Shown: positions 37,401-49,420 of the stretch, in pieces | Layout: the number at the start of each line of letters is the position of its first letter | Position numbering within the stretch: position 1 is the first letter of the stretch | NCBI GenBank assembly: GCA_036172245.1 | Contig: JAYWIR010000029.1 | Span: 1,612,001 to 1,676,000 of the forward strand | Length of the DNA stretch: 64,000 nucleotides | Reading direction: 5' to 3' | From: Raillietiella orientalis | Lineage: Eukaryota | Made by a program: the position numbers and the translations under genes | Notes under the pieces: model-generated | The model's database searches: none | What the model was told of the DNA's origin: nothing | What the model saw: the letters and a program-made list of their open reading frames with translations, nothing else

Positions 37401-38675
37401 AGATGGGAAAGAACCCTAAAGAATCCCCATCACCCTCACGGAAACGTGCTGAAATGGGATGAAAGAGTACCCGAGATGGGAAGGCGACTGCGACGGGATG
37501 CCTTCCTCTCCTTTTTGCGTTGCCATCCCTTTCCCTCTCCTTTCCCGCCCTCTTCCCACCGCGCCGCCCGCCCTGCCGGACAGAGGTTCTTCCCACTTCT
37601 GGAAAAATAGGGTGTATTTTCTTTGGCTTGCTGGTCCTCACCGGATGCGGCACATGGCTGCGGAGCGTTCCTGAGGAGATCCAGTATTGGTGGCGCAGCA
37701 GCAAGGAGGCGCCGCCCATTCAGAAAGAGCCACGCTCGGGAAGGGCATCGTCCCAAAGGAAGGCAGCACCTCTCCCGACACCGGGCTCCCGCTGCTCGTA
37801 GCGGGGCCCTACCTCTGCGAGAGACGGGTGGCGGAGCGACCAGTGCGCGTGCGCGGATGAGAGCCACCATCCGTCGTCCGGGCCAGGGAGTGCTTCGGCG
37901 CTGCTGGAACGACAGAGATCCCGTTATCCCAAAGGAGAGTGACCTCCTTGCTCCCCGGTGGCTGCCCTGGAGCAAAGAAACCATCCGCGGCGCACGGAGA
38001 AGAAGGAAGAAGGACGCCACGAGGAAGGGGCAGCTCCAGTCGAGGACTCCCCTTCCCCTAGGGTGGGTGAGTAGACCCGGGAAGAGCGCAGCTCGTCCCC
38101 GATCATCTGAGATGGTCCAATTCTCTCGCCCTCGTTCCATAGCCGCGCCTCAAGGACTGCCGGAGGGGGAGGGGGAAAGTGTAGGGGAGATCTTCAGGCC
38201 GGGTCACACCCCTGCATTCGCCGGCTGCAGCCTAGCGACGCGTCGACCCCTCCCCTACTCGGCGCACGAGAGGGGAACTTCCTCGCCAACGCTGCAGCCG
38301 AGCTCGGGGCTACTTCGACGTCATCGCTGTCGCGACCCGGCAGGCGCTCGTAGCTGGTCAGAAGTTCGTCTCCGCGTCATCACGTAACGGTGGCGACTCG
38401 TGGCGCAGACGAGTGTCGTGGCCATCGATCAAAACACGAGGCGGGTGGCCGGATGGTTTCTCCGCCTCCGGGCATCCTCCCGTGACGGCGAGAGGCGGCG
38501 GGGGCAGTGGCGGTGGGAGAGCGGATCGCCGTCCGCGAACTAACCAGAGGAGAAGGGTCTGATCTCCCTCTGCTGCTACATCCCTTCCTGGGATGGTCCT
38601 CACGGACGCGGTTCCTTGGAGCATCTCGCAAAAGCGCGCGGGAGGTTTTTTCTAAACGTGCGGGAGCGTGGATCC

Positions 38676-41600
38676 TCACAGGTCGCTTTCCCTCTCCGCA
38701 CGAGGTTCCGCGGACCCCTTCTGGATGGCGCACGAAGGGAACCTTTTCCCCATCTTCAGCCTGAAGGACTCCGGAAGGTCGTAGTCCTGGAAAGCGACGG
38801 TATCATTCTGTCCCCAGATCCAGCAGCAGTCTCACGCACGAATTTCTGGGAGGCACTCTTCTGTAGTCTTTGGCAGCTGCACTGAGATCCTAGAAGGGAT
38901 GCAGACCTGTCGGGGCGCAGTGTCCGCAGATCCGTGAGACTGTGAGAATGAACATCTAAGTGGGAGATGCTGGCAGCTCCTCTCCCCCGGGAGATGGGGA
39001 AGGAGGGAGGGAGTAGGCGAGGGATGGAACTCACGCGGAAGAGGCTCCTGCGCCTCCAGGGAAGATTCCGGGGAGGCCTCCCTGGAGGCGCGGACCCGGC
39101 GAGCGATGTCCACGAGGTCGGGTTTTTTCGTCCTCCGGGCACTGAAGACGGCCAGGCACAGGAGGGTCACGATTATGAAGATGGACGCCAGGATCACGAG
39201 GATCGAGGTGACCGTCTGATGACCGCGGTAGGCAGTGTGGGCACCTTCGTCAGAGGAAAGAAGCTGGACTGCGCGTCATCTGCCGCGGGCAGGAGCGGGT
39301 GCTCCCCCTGCACCGCCAGGAGGGAGGAGGCGCACCCCTCCCGCTCTTCCCGGGAGGGAGGGAGCGGCGAGGACAGAGGCGAGACATTCCCCCGTTTGCA
39401 GCGCTCCTCCTTCCCCCCGAAAAGAGGCGGAGGACCGGGATGCGTTACCTGAGTGGTCGCCCTTGGGGACAGGGATGAGCCCTCTGTACGCGGAGCTCCT
39501 GCCGGCATCGTTGAAGGAGTAGACGAGGAAGGACAGTCTCTTCGAGGGATCGGCGCTTCCGGAGATGACGAACCGGGGGGTGCTCTCGGTCAGATTTGAC
39601 AGCAGCGTGTGGGTAACATCATCGCGCACCTCGCACACGTATGACTGCGCGAGCGCCTCCTCGGAGCCTTCCGAGCAAGAGATCTCGTAGGTGGGGAACA
39701 GCCTCTCCACGATGGAGCAGTTCTCCGGAGGGTTTGGGAGCTCTGGGGAGTACACATACATGCAGGCCCCGAGGGCACGAGGAAGGAAGGGTGGGAGAAA
39801 GGCGGGTACTTTTTCTCTTAAGGGCGAACTGGCAGGGGACGGCCTGCTTTCCCACGGCGTTCTGCGCCCAGCACAGGATGCTTCCGAAGTCGTCCTTCGT
39901 CCTCGGCTGGTAGGTCAGAATCCCCTGCGTGCCATCCACGACGAACTTCCTCTTGGCGAGGTCGCGGACGCCCTTGGTGGTGTTGATCGCCCAGGAGAAG
40001 GTCACGTTTTCCGGGTATGCCTCCACCTCGCAGGAGATACTGACGGTCTTCTTGGGAGGGATGCTGTAGGTGTACTTCTGGCTGCCCTTGCAGACGGGTG
40101 CGACTGCAAGTGTAACGTGCCGGTCCACGACCCTCTGGGGGACTTTCCTTCCCCTCCTTACACTGCACCCGCAGCTCCACGCTGTCGCTCCGGCCCACGC
40201 CCTCCGCATTCGTTGCCTCGCAGACATACACCCCGGACATCGACAGCTGAATGTTCTCGATGTGCAGGGTGTTCTTCGACACGAAGGCGCCGTCCATCGT
40301 GTTCCTGGAGATGGGGACTCCCTGGAATTTTTTTCCCTTCCTTCCTTTCCCTTCCTTTCCGGGCGTTCTCGATGCGCCGCGCGCGAACACCCGCCCGGGC
40401 GCACCCCACCCGATCACCTGCCGCTCCGCCACGGGGACTCCCCTCCACCCCTCTCCCCCTCCCCATCTTCGGCCTGAAGCGCAGGACCGAGGAAGCGGAC
40501 TCTCCCGGTTCTTCGGGTGCCGGACGATGCTCACTGGCGGCAAAGGGCGCAGTCGACGGGGCTCGCCCTGCCGGGAGCAAAGAGCTCCTGCCAAAGCGAA
40601 AGTAGAAAACGAACTGGAGTTTCTCGGACGACGGCGTGACGTTTAACCGGCAAATAAAGCGGGCACGGCCGCGAACGACCAGAGGAGAAAGCGCCCTCTT
40701 CCCATCAGGGGGCGCCAGGCTGCAGTGGCTCCGCATTCTCCCGCAGTACCTACAGGAGAACGTCCACACACACCCGTCGCCTTGGAACCGCACTCGTCGC
40801 TGAGCACCCGCCGACCTCGGACGGGCTGCACGTGCGGGCAAACAGTCGAGGCGAAGATCAAAGGTCAACCGGGACCTCATTCCGCCTCTCCGCTGCACTC
40901 TCATTGCAGTTCTTCTCCTCCTTCCCTTCCGTCCTCTGCTGGAGTCTCTGGAGCTTGGCAGCAAACGCCTTCGGGAGGATGAAGTTTTTAACTAGCAATA
41001 ATCGCGGCTCAATCGCCTCCCTTGCCTACGATACTTCCCGTGCTCAGGATGAGGCGCGTCTGCTCAGGTAGCTTTCTGCCTATGCTGTGGCAGGAAGTCC
41101 CACTCAGGGAATTCAAGACCCGGAGATGAGGGAGGAGAAATATAGGCTCCAGCTCCTGGAAGCGGAAGAGGCCAGCAGCCCTACGCGTGGAACGCCTTAC
41201 AGAAGGAGCAACCAAGGCTTTCCTGGAGGACGCAAGAGCACAAGGAATGTGGGATTCTCCTGCACCACCCCGGGATGAGGGGCCCGGAGGAGGCACGACA
41301 CGGAGGAAGCGTTTCCTGGAAACGGCCGAGCCGCTTCTCACATGCCCGCCATTCCGTGCAACTCAGCGGGCGAAAGAAGGAATGGCACCGCGCCGACCGT
41401 GACCGAGGCCCTGACTTCCCAGGGCCACGCCCGAAGAACGCCGAGAAGCAGATGCGCCGTGAGATGGGAGGGAGGGAGGTCGCACGAGCGCGCGCCGGAG
41501 GCGGCAGCAAGGCGCGCTTTACGTTGTACAGCCAGGTTAGCCCGTGGAAAGGCGTGTTGGACTCGATCTCGCACTCCAGGCGGACTTCGTCGCCCACGCG

Positions 41601-44600
41601 CAGGTGCTCCACTGCTCCCTCGGGCGACGCTCTCAGCCGGACTACTGGTTTGTCTGGAAGGGCAAGAGCTCAAAGGAGGGAAGGGGATTCAGGTATCCGC
41701 GAAGAAAGGGGGGCAAGGGGAGAGCGACCAACTTCGCCCTTCGGTGCCCGTTCGAGAAGAGCGCGCCACCCCGTATCGCCCCGTCGCTGCCCAAAAGGGA
41801 GGCCCCAATCGCGCTTGCCATCCTGACGGCCTCGACCAGTCGAGGCAAGTAGGTTCCTTCATTTTCCTGGAAATGGAGGGGTCAGCCCTTTATCCTTCCT
41901 CCCCCGAAGAAAACGCGGGGAAACGAGGAGGCGTAATACCCGAAAATTCTCAGCACTCCATCTTTCGAAAACAAATAGAGACATGGAAAGCCTGTGGCAC
42001 ATGGATGATGAGCACTTCCCGGAATCTCTGGATCCACGATCTCCTTCCTCCCTGCCCCTTTTTTCAGGTGCCGGCAAGGGGAAGCTGAACATCGGGATCT
42101 GGGAAGCGAGACTCTACTCTCTACTCCTGGGAAAAGTAGGCACGCGAGCTCCCTTGAGGAAGGGTCGCCCGAGGTTTCCATTACGACAGCGAGAATGGAG
42201 GAGGGCGGATCGGAGAGAACGAGGTATCTCAAAACACAGGAGGATGGGAAGGAAGTGGATCGCAGGGACAGACCGCGACAGCTACCGGGGAGGGCGCCGA
42301 GGCATGGACGCTCGCGCAGCAGCCTCCTCTCCGTCCCGCAAGAGGGCGGGGATGGCATTCCTCCCTCCCTTCCCCGGCGGCGCCGACCAGACTCAAAGAA
42401 GGGACGCCCCTGGGCTCGTGGGGAGAGCAAGCGGGCGGGAGAGAGATCTATCTACTCACAATGTACGACGAGGATCCAGGAGTCCTCCAGGGTCTTTTCC
42501 GGGATCGCGGGGTTTGTGGCGGTGCACTGAAGCTTCTTCCCGTGGTCCTCCATCTTGGAGACGTACGTGACTATGGAGGTAGTAGCCTCGGCGGACATGA
42601 CCAGCTGGAAACCAGCCCTTGTGCTCAGTCCGCTGGCTCGTGGGTCTTCCCACCTTCTGCTTCATTCCGCTGATCTCGTCGTCGCCAAGACGCCAGGATA
42701 GCAGCGCGGGGGGACGTGACCCTCGGGCCTGGCAGGTCACCTGGTAGCTGGTGCCATTCGAGAGGGGCTGCCTGGAGCTTAGGATCCGCACGTCCGAAGG
42801 TGGAACTGCTTCGGGGAGGATCTCGCCAATCGGCAGCGGCGCCAACGGCAGTCTCGCTTACGGGTCATGTCGATCTGCACCTTGGAGGATACCGGAAGCT
42901 GCTCCGGGCCGTTGAAGGCCCTGCACTCCAGCGTCCGCCCGTAATCGTCCCTGCTGACGCTAGGCAGGGTCAGGTCGTTCCTCACGAAGCGGTCCTCGAT
43001 GACCTCGGAAGTGTCGTCGATCAGTTTGTTGCCGTTCCACCACTCCACATTCGGCAGTGGGTGCCCTTGACGAGCCTCGGTCAGCCGGGGGCAGAATGAG
43101 GGGGAAGGGGGGAGAATAGAGGGATCCCGCCAGCCCGACCCGTTTACCTCCGTTGTTCTCGCACGAGAGGAAGAGAGCGTCGCCTTCGTGCAGAGGTCCT
43201 ATCGTTCCCTTGACGACCTTCCCGATGTGATCGGTAATGATGACTTCGAACGGGGGAGCTAGGTGAAAGACGGGGTTGGGAGGAAGGGGCTGCTACACGC
43301 CCTACCGATGACGTGGAGAGACACCTTGGAGAACCTGGTCGGCGACTTGGAGAATTCCACGCGGCAGACGTAGCGCCTCTCGTCCGAGGGCTGCGTCCCG
43401 TCGATCTGCAGGAACGCCACGGACTCGTTGACGACGTGGCGCATGCGGATCCCCTTCCCTGGGGGAACCTTTCGGGAAGCCTCGGCCCTCGCGTCGAAGC
43501 TACGACAGCGAAAAGAAAAAGGAGCGTCCCTCCCCATACTGCCCCGGAGCCACCGTGCTGGTGATGGTCTCCACAGGAAAATTGAGCGGGAATGGAGAGG
43601 GGTGTGCGGCGGCCTTCCCGACAAGCCAGGAGGAACACGGCGGGCTCCCAAGAGGAAGATGGCCGCCTCCCGCCGGAACATCGCCCGTTCGGTCCCCCTC
43701 CGGCCGAGGAGGCAGCCCGCGAAAAATTTCCCCCCCACCAGATTCCCCGGTGACTTCCACGAGGGGAGGAAAGGGGCCGGGATCTGCGGTCCCGTTTTAT
43801 CAGCGGGCAACCGCCGCTGGCGGGCGTCCGGCAGGTTGGAGCGTTCCCGGACGCAGGGCCTCTGGTAGTCGGCAGCGGCCTCCGTCTCCCCGGGATGCTG
43901 GCACGATCTTGGCACCGCCCGCCCTGGGACGCGAGCTCCACGGGAAAGGAACGCTGGAAACGTGAAGCGTCGACGGTCAGCGACTCGGAACTGCCCACCA
44001 CCACCACCGGCAGGCGTCTTGCGGACTGGAGAGCACGCAGCAAGCGTTTCCGTGCCAACCAGCAGAAGGGGATACTGCTTCTGGCCCAATCCAAGGAAAG
44101 ACAAGTTCGATCGCTGCGTAGGACCAACGGCAGCGCAACTCCGCTGCAGCCCTGGTCCGTTGCGCGCCTTCCCGTGCGGAAGTCGCCTTCATGAGCGACC
44201 TCATCTCGTGGCTGCAGGAGCGAGGGGGAAGGGGAGGAGGAACGGTGGAACACATCGGGGAGGTAGGAGCAGGAAAAAAAAAGGAGCGCGGACGGGAGTG
44301 GACTCGAGCACAAACGACTTCCTGCCTCGCAGAGGCTGCTGCCGCTTTTGAACGAGAGGAGGAAGAGGGAGAGGTCATTCTAGGGAGGGATCCGGTCGCC
44401 TGGAAGCGAGAAGGGGGCTTCGAAGGACAACCCTCCTGCCTCGCTGTAGCAAGGCTCTCGGAGACTTCCGTGCACCCTCCACTAGTACGAGGGCAGCATA
44501 AAAGAGAAAGAGGAGCGAGAAAGCAAGCAGGTCGAGGGCTCTGGAAGGTCGAGGACTCTGGCAGTCGCCGGGACAAAGACGCAGCTTCCCTCTGCTTACT

Positions 44601-45381
44601 GCAGAGATCGAGGTAATGGCTCTTTGCGCTCTTCTTCTTCTTCCGGAGAGTTTCTCGGAGGAAACTGGTCACCGAGAAAACGCTTGGACGCCGAGAAAGA
44701 CGTCCTTGTCTCCTTCGGAGGAACAGCCATCTTCTGGGCCACCTCCATACCGAAGAAGATGCCTGTTCTCTCCGCAGCAAGTCTGGAGCCTTCCTCGGAT
44801 TGGACCCAGGACATTCCTCTACGTTCTCCTCCCGAGGAAATTTGCGCGCGATGCGGGCGAGGGAACGCATGAGGACCCTCCGGATGAAGGAGAAAGGGGG
44901 AAGGCTCCATCCATACACTTGGTAAGCGGCCCTTGCTCCTCCTCAGGGTGGGAGGCAAGTTCCACGTCCTCGAAAGATGCTGTGCAAACACCTCGGCACG
45001 CGAGGGAAGTATCCTCCTCCTCCGAGGAGGAAACGCCCGTCTTCCGCGAGCATCGCGAGAGGAGGTGCGCTGCGGCGGGAGGGGAACCCAGAGAGAGATT
45101 ACTCCCCGTCTCCTTGAAGCCGAGCCGCGGAACGTCTTGCGGCCCCTCCTACAGCCTCGACGGCCGAAGAGGGCGCAGACGGAGGAGTGAGGAGGGCAGG
45201 AAGGGAGTACAGGGACGCTCACTCCCCGAGCGCCTGTCTACGTACATGTATATGGGGACCTTCGAGTCCTCTTTGTACCATATGATGAGCTGGACGGTGT
45301 CCTTCTGTCTGGCGGACCGGATGTCGCACGGGAGCTCCGCCCGCTCTCCTTGGACAGCAAAGACGTCATTCTCCCGGAGGT
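38676..45381 (-). CDS. Sidestep/nephrin-like Ig-superfamily transmembrane protein (5 Ig + FN3 + TM), spliced; 5' signal-peptide exon and tail end unresolved
   Basis: Exons (minus): 45381-45246, 43499-43306, 43258-43148, 43065-42862, 42805-42654, 42604-42460, 41653-41523, 40321-40162, 40103-39810, 39742-39449, 39244-39035. All introns are GT-AG and the phases join into one frame. Sidestep-type motifs include AELPCDI..LIIWYK..PIY, DERRYVCRVEFSKSPT, TCQARGSRPPALLSW, DHGKKLQCTATNP, SGVYVCEATNAEG, FAPVC, DFGSILCWAQNAVGKQAVPC and LPNPPENC, followed by the TM segment ILVILASIFIIVTLLCLAVF. The stop at 38676-38678 is tentative. Confidence 0.9.
39035..39244 (-). CDS. Sidestep-like exon: transmembrane helix and start of cytoplasmic tail
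   Basis: ttctttcctctgacgaag|GTGCCCAC...CTTCCGC|gtgagt; GAHTAYRGHQTVTSILVILASIFIIVTLLCLAVFSARRTKK. Confidence 0.75.
39449..39742 (-). CDS. Sidestep-like exon: fibronectin type III domain
   Basis: ctccccag|AGCTCCC...CACTCAG|gtaacg; LPNPPENCSI...ISCSEG..QSYVCEV...LVYSFNDAGRS. Confidence 0.88.
39810..40103 (-). CDS. Sidestep-like exon: Ig5
   Basis: cttgcag|TCGCACC...AGAAAAA|gtaccc; FAPVCKG...SCEVEAYPENVTFSW...DFGSILCWAQNAVGKQAVPCQF. Confidence 0.9.
40162..40321 (-). CDS. Sidestep-like exon: second half of Ig4
   Basis: ttccag|GGAGTC...GTGCAGT|gtaagg; GVPISRNTMDGAFVSKNTLHIENIQLSMSGVYVCEATNAEGVGRSDSVELRVQ. Confidence 0.88.
41523..41653 (-). CDS. Sidestep-like exon: first half of Ig4
   Basis: ccttccag|ACAAACC...TACAAC|gtaaag; YKPVVRL...LRVGDEVRLECEIESNTPFHGLTWLYN. 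Confidence 0.9.
42460..42604 (-). CDS. Sidestep-like exon: second half of Ig3
   Basis: tttccag|CTGGTC...GTACATT|gtgagt; TTSIVTYVSKMEDHGKKLQCTATNPAIPEKTLEDSWILVVH. Confidence 0.88.
42654..42805 (-). CDS. Sidestep-like exon: first half of Ig3
   Basis: gaagcag|TTCCACC...CAGAAG|gtggga; LPPSDVRILSSRQPLSNGTSYQVTCQARGSRPPALLSWRLG. Confidence 0.9.
42862..43065 (-). CDS. Sidestep-like exon: Ig2
   Basis: gtcaag|GGCACCCA...ATGACCC|gtaagc; GHPLPNVEWWNG...RDDYGRTLECRAFNG...VQIDMT. Confidence 0.9.
43148..43258 (-). CDS. Sidestep-like exon: start of Ig2
   Basis: cacctag|CTCCCCCG...AACGGAG|gtaaac; APPFEVIITDHIGKVVKGTIGPLHEGDALFLSCENNG. Confidence 0.85.
43306..43499 (-). CDS. Sidestep-like exon: C-terminal half of Ig1
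   Basis: gtcgtag|CTTCGAC...GTCATCG|gtaggg; FDARAE...LQIDGTQPSDERRYVCRVEFSKSPTRFSKVSLHVI. Confidence 0.9.
45246..45381 (-). CDS. Sidestep-like exon: N-terminal half of Ig1
   Basis: tttccag|ACCTCCGG...ATATACAT|gtacgt; LRENDVFAVQGERAELPCDIRSARQKDTVQLIIWYKEDSKVPIY. Confidence 0.85.
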
Positions 45382-47939
45382 CTGGAAAGGATGCTCCAGT
45401 GGAAGCCACCTGTTAGGTGCGTGACTTTCCACATCCCTCCCTGCTTCCTCGCGAGCTGTTGCCTAGGTCTTCGCACCAAACCACGCCTCCTGAGCGCCTC
45501 CCCGACACCTCAATAAGGGAGGGGGAGGGAGCTTGGTGAAGTGCTGCTGCTGGTGGTAGGGAAAGGGGACTGGCTGCAGCAGCTCGTGGGGAGAGGTGAG
45601 GGAAGGGGAGCTCTTTCTCTCACGCACTTGTCATGGATCCCAGAATCGCCGGAGACTTCGTGGGAAGAACCCTTCAGTGTCCCTTTCCTGCCCGCTCCCA
45701 TTGACCCTTTCTCAAGCGCATGTCTCCGACCGGAGAGAGTTTCTGCACCTTTCTTCGGCGCTACCCTCCAGACGATCGGAGGGTTCTGGAAGCAAGCTCC
45801 CTCTAGCGTCACAGTCGCGGGAGGGGATTGAAAGAGGACGAGGGAGGAGAAAGAAATCGCCGGGGGCGCATCCAAACCAGAGGAGCCGAGGCAGCGGGAG
45901 TGAAAATGGAGGTGCCCTCAGGGAAGAACCAACTCTTGTATAAATGAAAGTAGAAAATAAATTCACCCCACTGCATGCCGGACTTAGGAAAACTGAGAAG
46001 AAGGAGTTAGGAAGAGGGCGCCGCTCTCCTGGAAAGATGTTGGCCGTCCCGGACTGTTCCTTCGCTTCTGGTCGAGAGAAAGGGCAAAAAGAGACAACCT
46101 CTCTCCGACTCTGCTCAGGACCTCCCCAGAAGGTGACCTGACTACCTTCGTCTCCGCCGACACCCGTTTCTCCCTGACTGTGGGCAGGGGAGCCCGGAGG
46201 CAACGGGTTCCGTACTGGAGACTGCGGTGGCTATCCTGGAAACCTTTCTGGAAGTTTGAATGCAAGTGGAATCAGACTCCGGGGCCCGTCCACATCCGTT
46301 TCCCTCCCCCCTGCCCAAACTCCAAACTCAAGGCGAACGGATCAGCGAGCTCCAACGGGGAGGCACGCGGTCCCTGGAGAAGGTGGGTACGAAAAGGGGA
46401 AGCTGGTCCCCAGGGGACTTTCAGTTCCTCCCACCGGCGAGGTCCCCCTGCAATTCGGCGTTCCTCGGCAGCGCCTCGAGCAGCTTCGTTCCTTGCAGGA
46501 AACCACGAAGAGAGATCTCTGAGATGCCCGGACAGCTCGTTGCGATGCGGGAATCCTGCCGAGGGGTTGCGCGCTAGGGGCTCTCCTGAAGAGAGACGGA
46601 AGGGAGACGCGCGGCAGTCGCAGCACGGACGGGATCGACGCTTCCCGCCCTACGTCCTCGCGCACCCGATCCCGGAAGCGCGCAGCAAGCGAGGGAACGT
46701 TCTTTGGAGGAACGCGCACAATTTCGGATGCTACGCATTCCCCGGCGGAGGAGACCGTGCATCAGCGCGTCGCACGCTGCGCTTCCCCAGCCCGGCTGCG
46801 CACAGCGGCTGCAGCCGAAAGTGGCCCCATCGGCTGACGCGCTCTGCCGTCTGGGACTCGATGGAGGCCAGGCGACCGATAGCAGCGGGATAGCGCCTGC
46901 GTGGAGGAGGAGGAGGAAAGGAAGAGGAGAAGGAAGGAAGGAGGAGGAGTGGCTTGCGAGGCCCGGGTCGACCCAAGGCACTGCTGCGCGAGGGTCGACG
47001 GGAAAACTCGAACGCGGAGGTCCTCGAATCGTTCTGGTGGGGAAGACGGAGAGATTCGCCTTCTGTAGGAGCGGCACAGGGGAGAGAATGTGCAGGGCCA
47101 CGGAGACGCAGAGGACGGGCTGGAGACAGGTGAGGTGGACCCCAAAGAGGAAGGGAGGAGCGAGAACGCTTGAGGCCTCCGTTGCAGAATGGGAGGGGCA
47201 GCAACGATCCTGGCGCCGAGTGGCGGTAGGCGCGGCAGGAACGCTCCCCGAGAGGCAGCGCGCCGATTCACGAGGTGGAGGCAAGGAAAAGGCACGTGCA
47301 CGGGGAGATGAGCACGCGTCCATCCCCTTCGGCCTCGCCGGAGCCCGCAGGAGCTGCCTCATGAGAGCGGACCTCCCAGATGAGCGGAGCCAATGAAAGG
47401 CCGCCGCAGTCTTTCCCGTGCCTTTCCCTCCAGCTGGAGCGCTCTCCCATTGGAAGGGGAACTGACGAAGGGAAGCGCGGAGAGACAGCCGGCTGGTTTC
47501 CTGGCAGCCCCTAAGAGAACGGCATCACGGCATCCCCGAAAGTACCGCTTAGCGGGCGAGCGGTCTTGCGCTAACCTCCCTTCATTCCTGCCCCGTAGGA
47601 ACCTGGGTAGGGCCCAGGATGCATATCGAGGAATCTCCCCACGAAGCGCACTGGGGTCTTCTCCAGGGAAGGGGGGCCGGACGCAGAGAACCCCTCGCCG
47701 CGGGCCCATCCCATCTTGCACACGGAGCGTCTGCCTCCTCCTTTCACATCCGGTGTCTCCGAGAGGAAGGAAGGGGGGAAGAGCAGGAGCGGGGGAGGAG
47801 GAGATACGGCATTCGGCCCTGTTCTGGTGGCTGCCACCTGCCGATCTTCGACCCGCTTGCCCGTGGCGGACGGACGGGCGGGCACTCCACAGCGATTCCA
47901 GACTGATTCTAGATAAGGAGCAGAGCTGCTTCAGGTCAG

Positions 47940-49420
47940 GTCAGCACCTCAGCGAAGAAGGGGCAAGGGTGACCCGAACTCGCCCTGCAGCATTCTGCAG
48001 GGTCGCAACGAGGACTTCTTCCCTGGTCCAGACTGAGGCGATCGCAGGTTTCCGGACCTGGGAGGTCGAACTGGAGGATGCTCCGGGGGGCGGAAGCTGC
48101 GAGCAAACATCCGAGAGTGCAGCAGAAGAGGGAGAAAGTCGGAAAGCTCCCTGGAGAACCTGCGAGCGCATCCGGCACCCTCCAGGAGACTCGCGGACCG
48201 ATGGGTCCTCTCTTCGGGACGCCGACGTGCAGACTCTCCAGACTCCGCAAATCTCCTCCCCAGGGAGATATCAACCGTTCTCTTAAGGCGCCTCTCTCAT
48301 GGAGGAGATTCCCCCTTCGCTTCTGAAGTACCCAGGAACATTTATAGCTCCCCCTGCCATTCTTCTTGGCGGGAATTCCTCTTCCCCCTTCCACTCACTT
48401 GATCGACTATTGGCGATCGCTCTTGGCTGTGAGGGACAGCGCTCCAAACTCGATTCTGGGGAGGCCGGATTGAAGAAGGGGAATCGAAGGGATGGGTAGG
48501 GGGTCTCCCTGAGTTCGTACCCTTCCATACCGTCCGCCTCGCCGAAGCCAAGGGCTCGAGGCATCAGAAGATCCCCCAAGGGACGTTGGGAAACCAGGAA
48601 GTAGCGTCAAGTCGTCTCCCTGCTTCCCGACCCCATGCGTGCTGCCCATCATCTGAACTTCCTAGTGCTCCGCCGACTATCCTGGATACTAGGCTGCATC
48701 TCTCAGTAAATTCTTCCATCAGCATCCGCGCTCCTCAAGCAGCTGAGAGATCCTCCGAAGCTCCTTTCGGCTTGCCCTCCAGACGTGACCTCTGTACCCA
48801 GTCACTCAGTCAGCGAATTCTCATCTTCCCCTCCGACTGCCTCCCAAGATCGAGAGTCTGCGCCTCTCCAAGGGGTGAGACGACGCCTGGCAAGCCGGCG
48901 AAGAAGGGGCCGGTACTCTTCCATCCCAAGGGAAGTCGCGGGATGCGTCTCTTGCGGGAGAGTCCGTCTTATAGATCCGGAGGTCGCGGAACCCTGGACT
49001 CCTCTCCTACTTCCCCTCCTAGCTGCTCCTGTAGATCCTGAGGAGCTCCTGGGGCGGAGAGGGATCTCCCAGAATGGCATGCGCCTTGCTCCGGCAAGAA
49101 AGCTGCTGATCCGGGACGCGCAGCATCTCCGCCTCTTCGAGGTTAATGCCTTCCGGTGAGAGACCCTTTGTGCCTTCTGGCAGTCAGCAATCAGAAGACG
49201 TCATGCGTCTCACGTGACCCAAGGACGGAAAAAATTAGAATTCCTCCCGGAGTGCCTGACCCCCGGAAGACCTCCCAAGAGTTCCTTCGAGCCCAGGGAA
49301 GATTAGTCACAGCATGAAAGAAATACTTGGAGCAGCAGATGGCCTCCGACGCGCAGCTTCCGAACGTTACCAAGGAGCTGTCGAAGCGTTGCAGCCGCTT
49401 TCTCTCTCTCTCCATCCCAG
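47940..49420 (-). mobile_element. DIRS-like RT/RNase H remnant upstream of, or in intron 1 of, the sidestep-like gene
   Basis: LQRFDSSLVTFGSCAS..KYFFHAVTNL, GILIFSVL and FDLPGPETCDRLS. Confidence 0.4.

Noticed and set aside
39216..39244. 29-nt GT..AG micro-intron that would rescue the TM frame from the 39279 acceptor
   Set aside because: Below the usual metazoan intron size, and the AAG acceptor at 39244 explains the frame more simply
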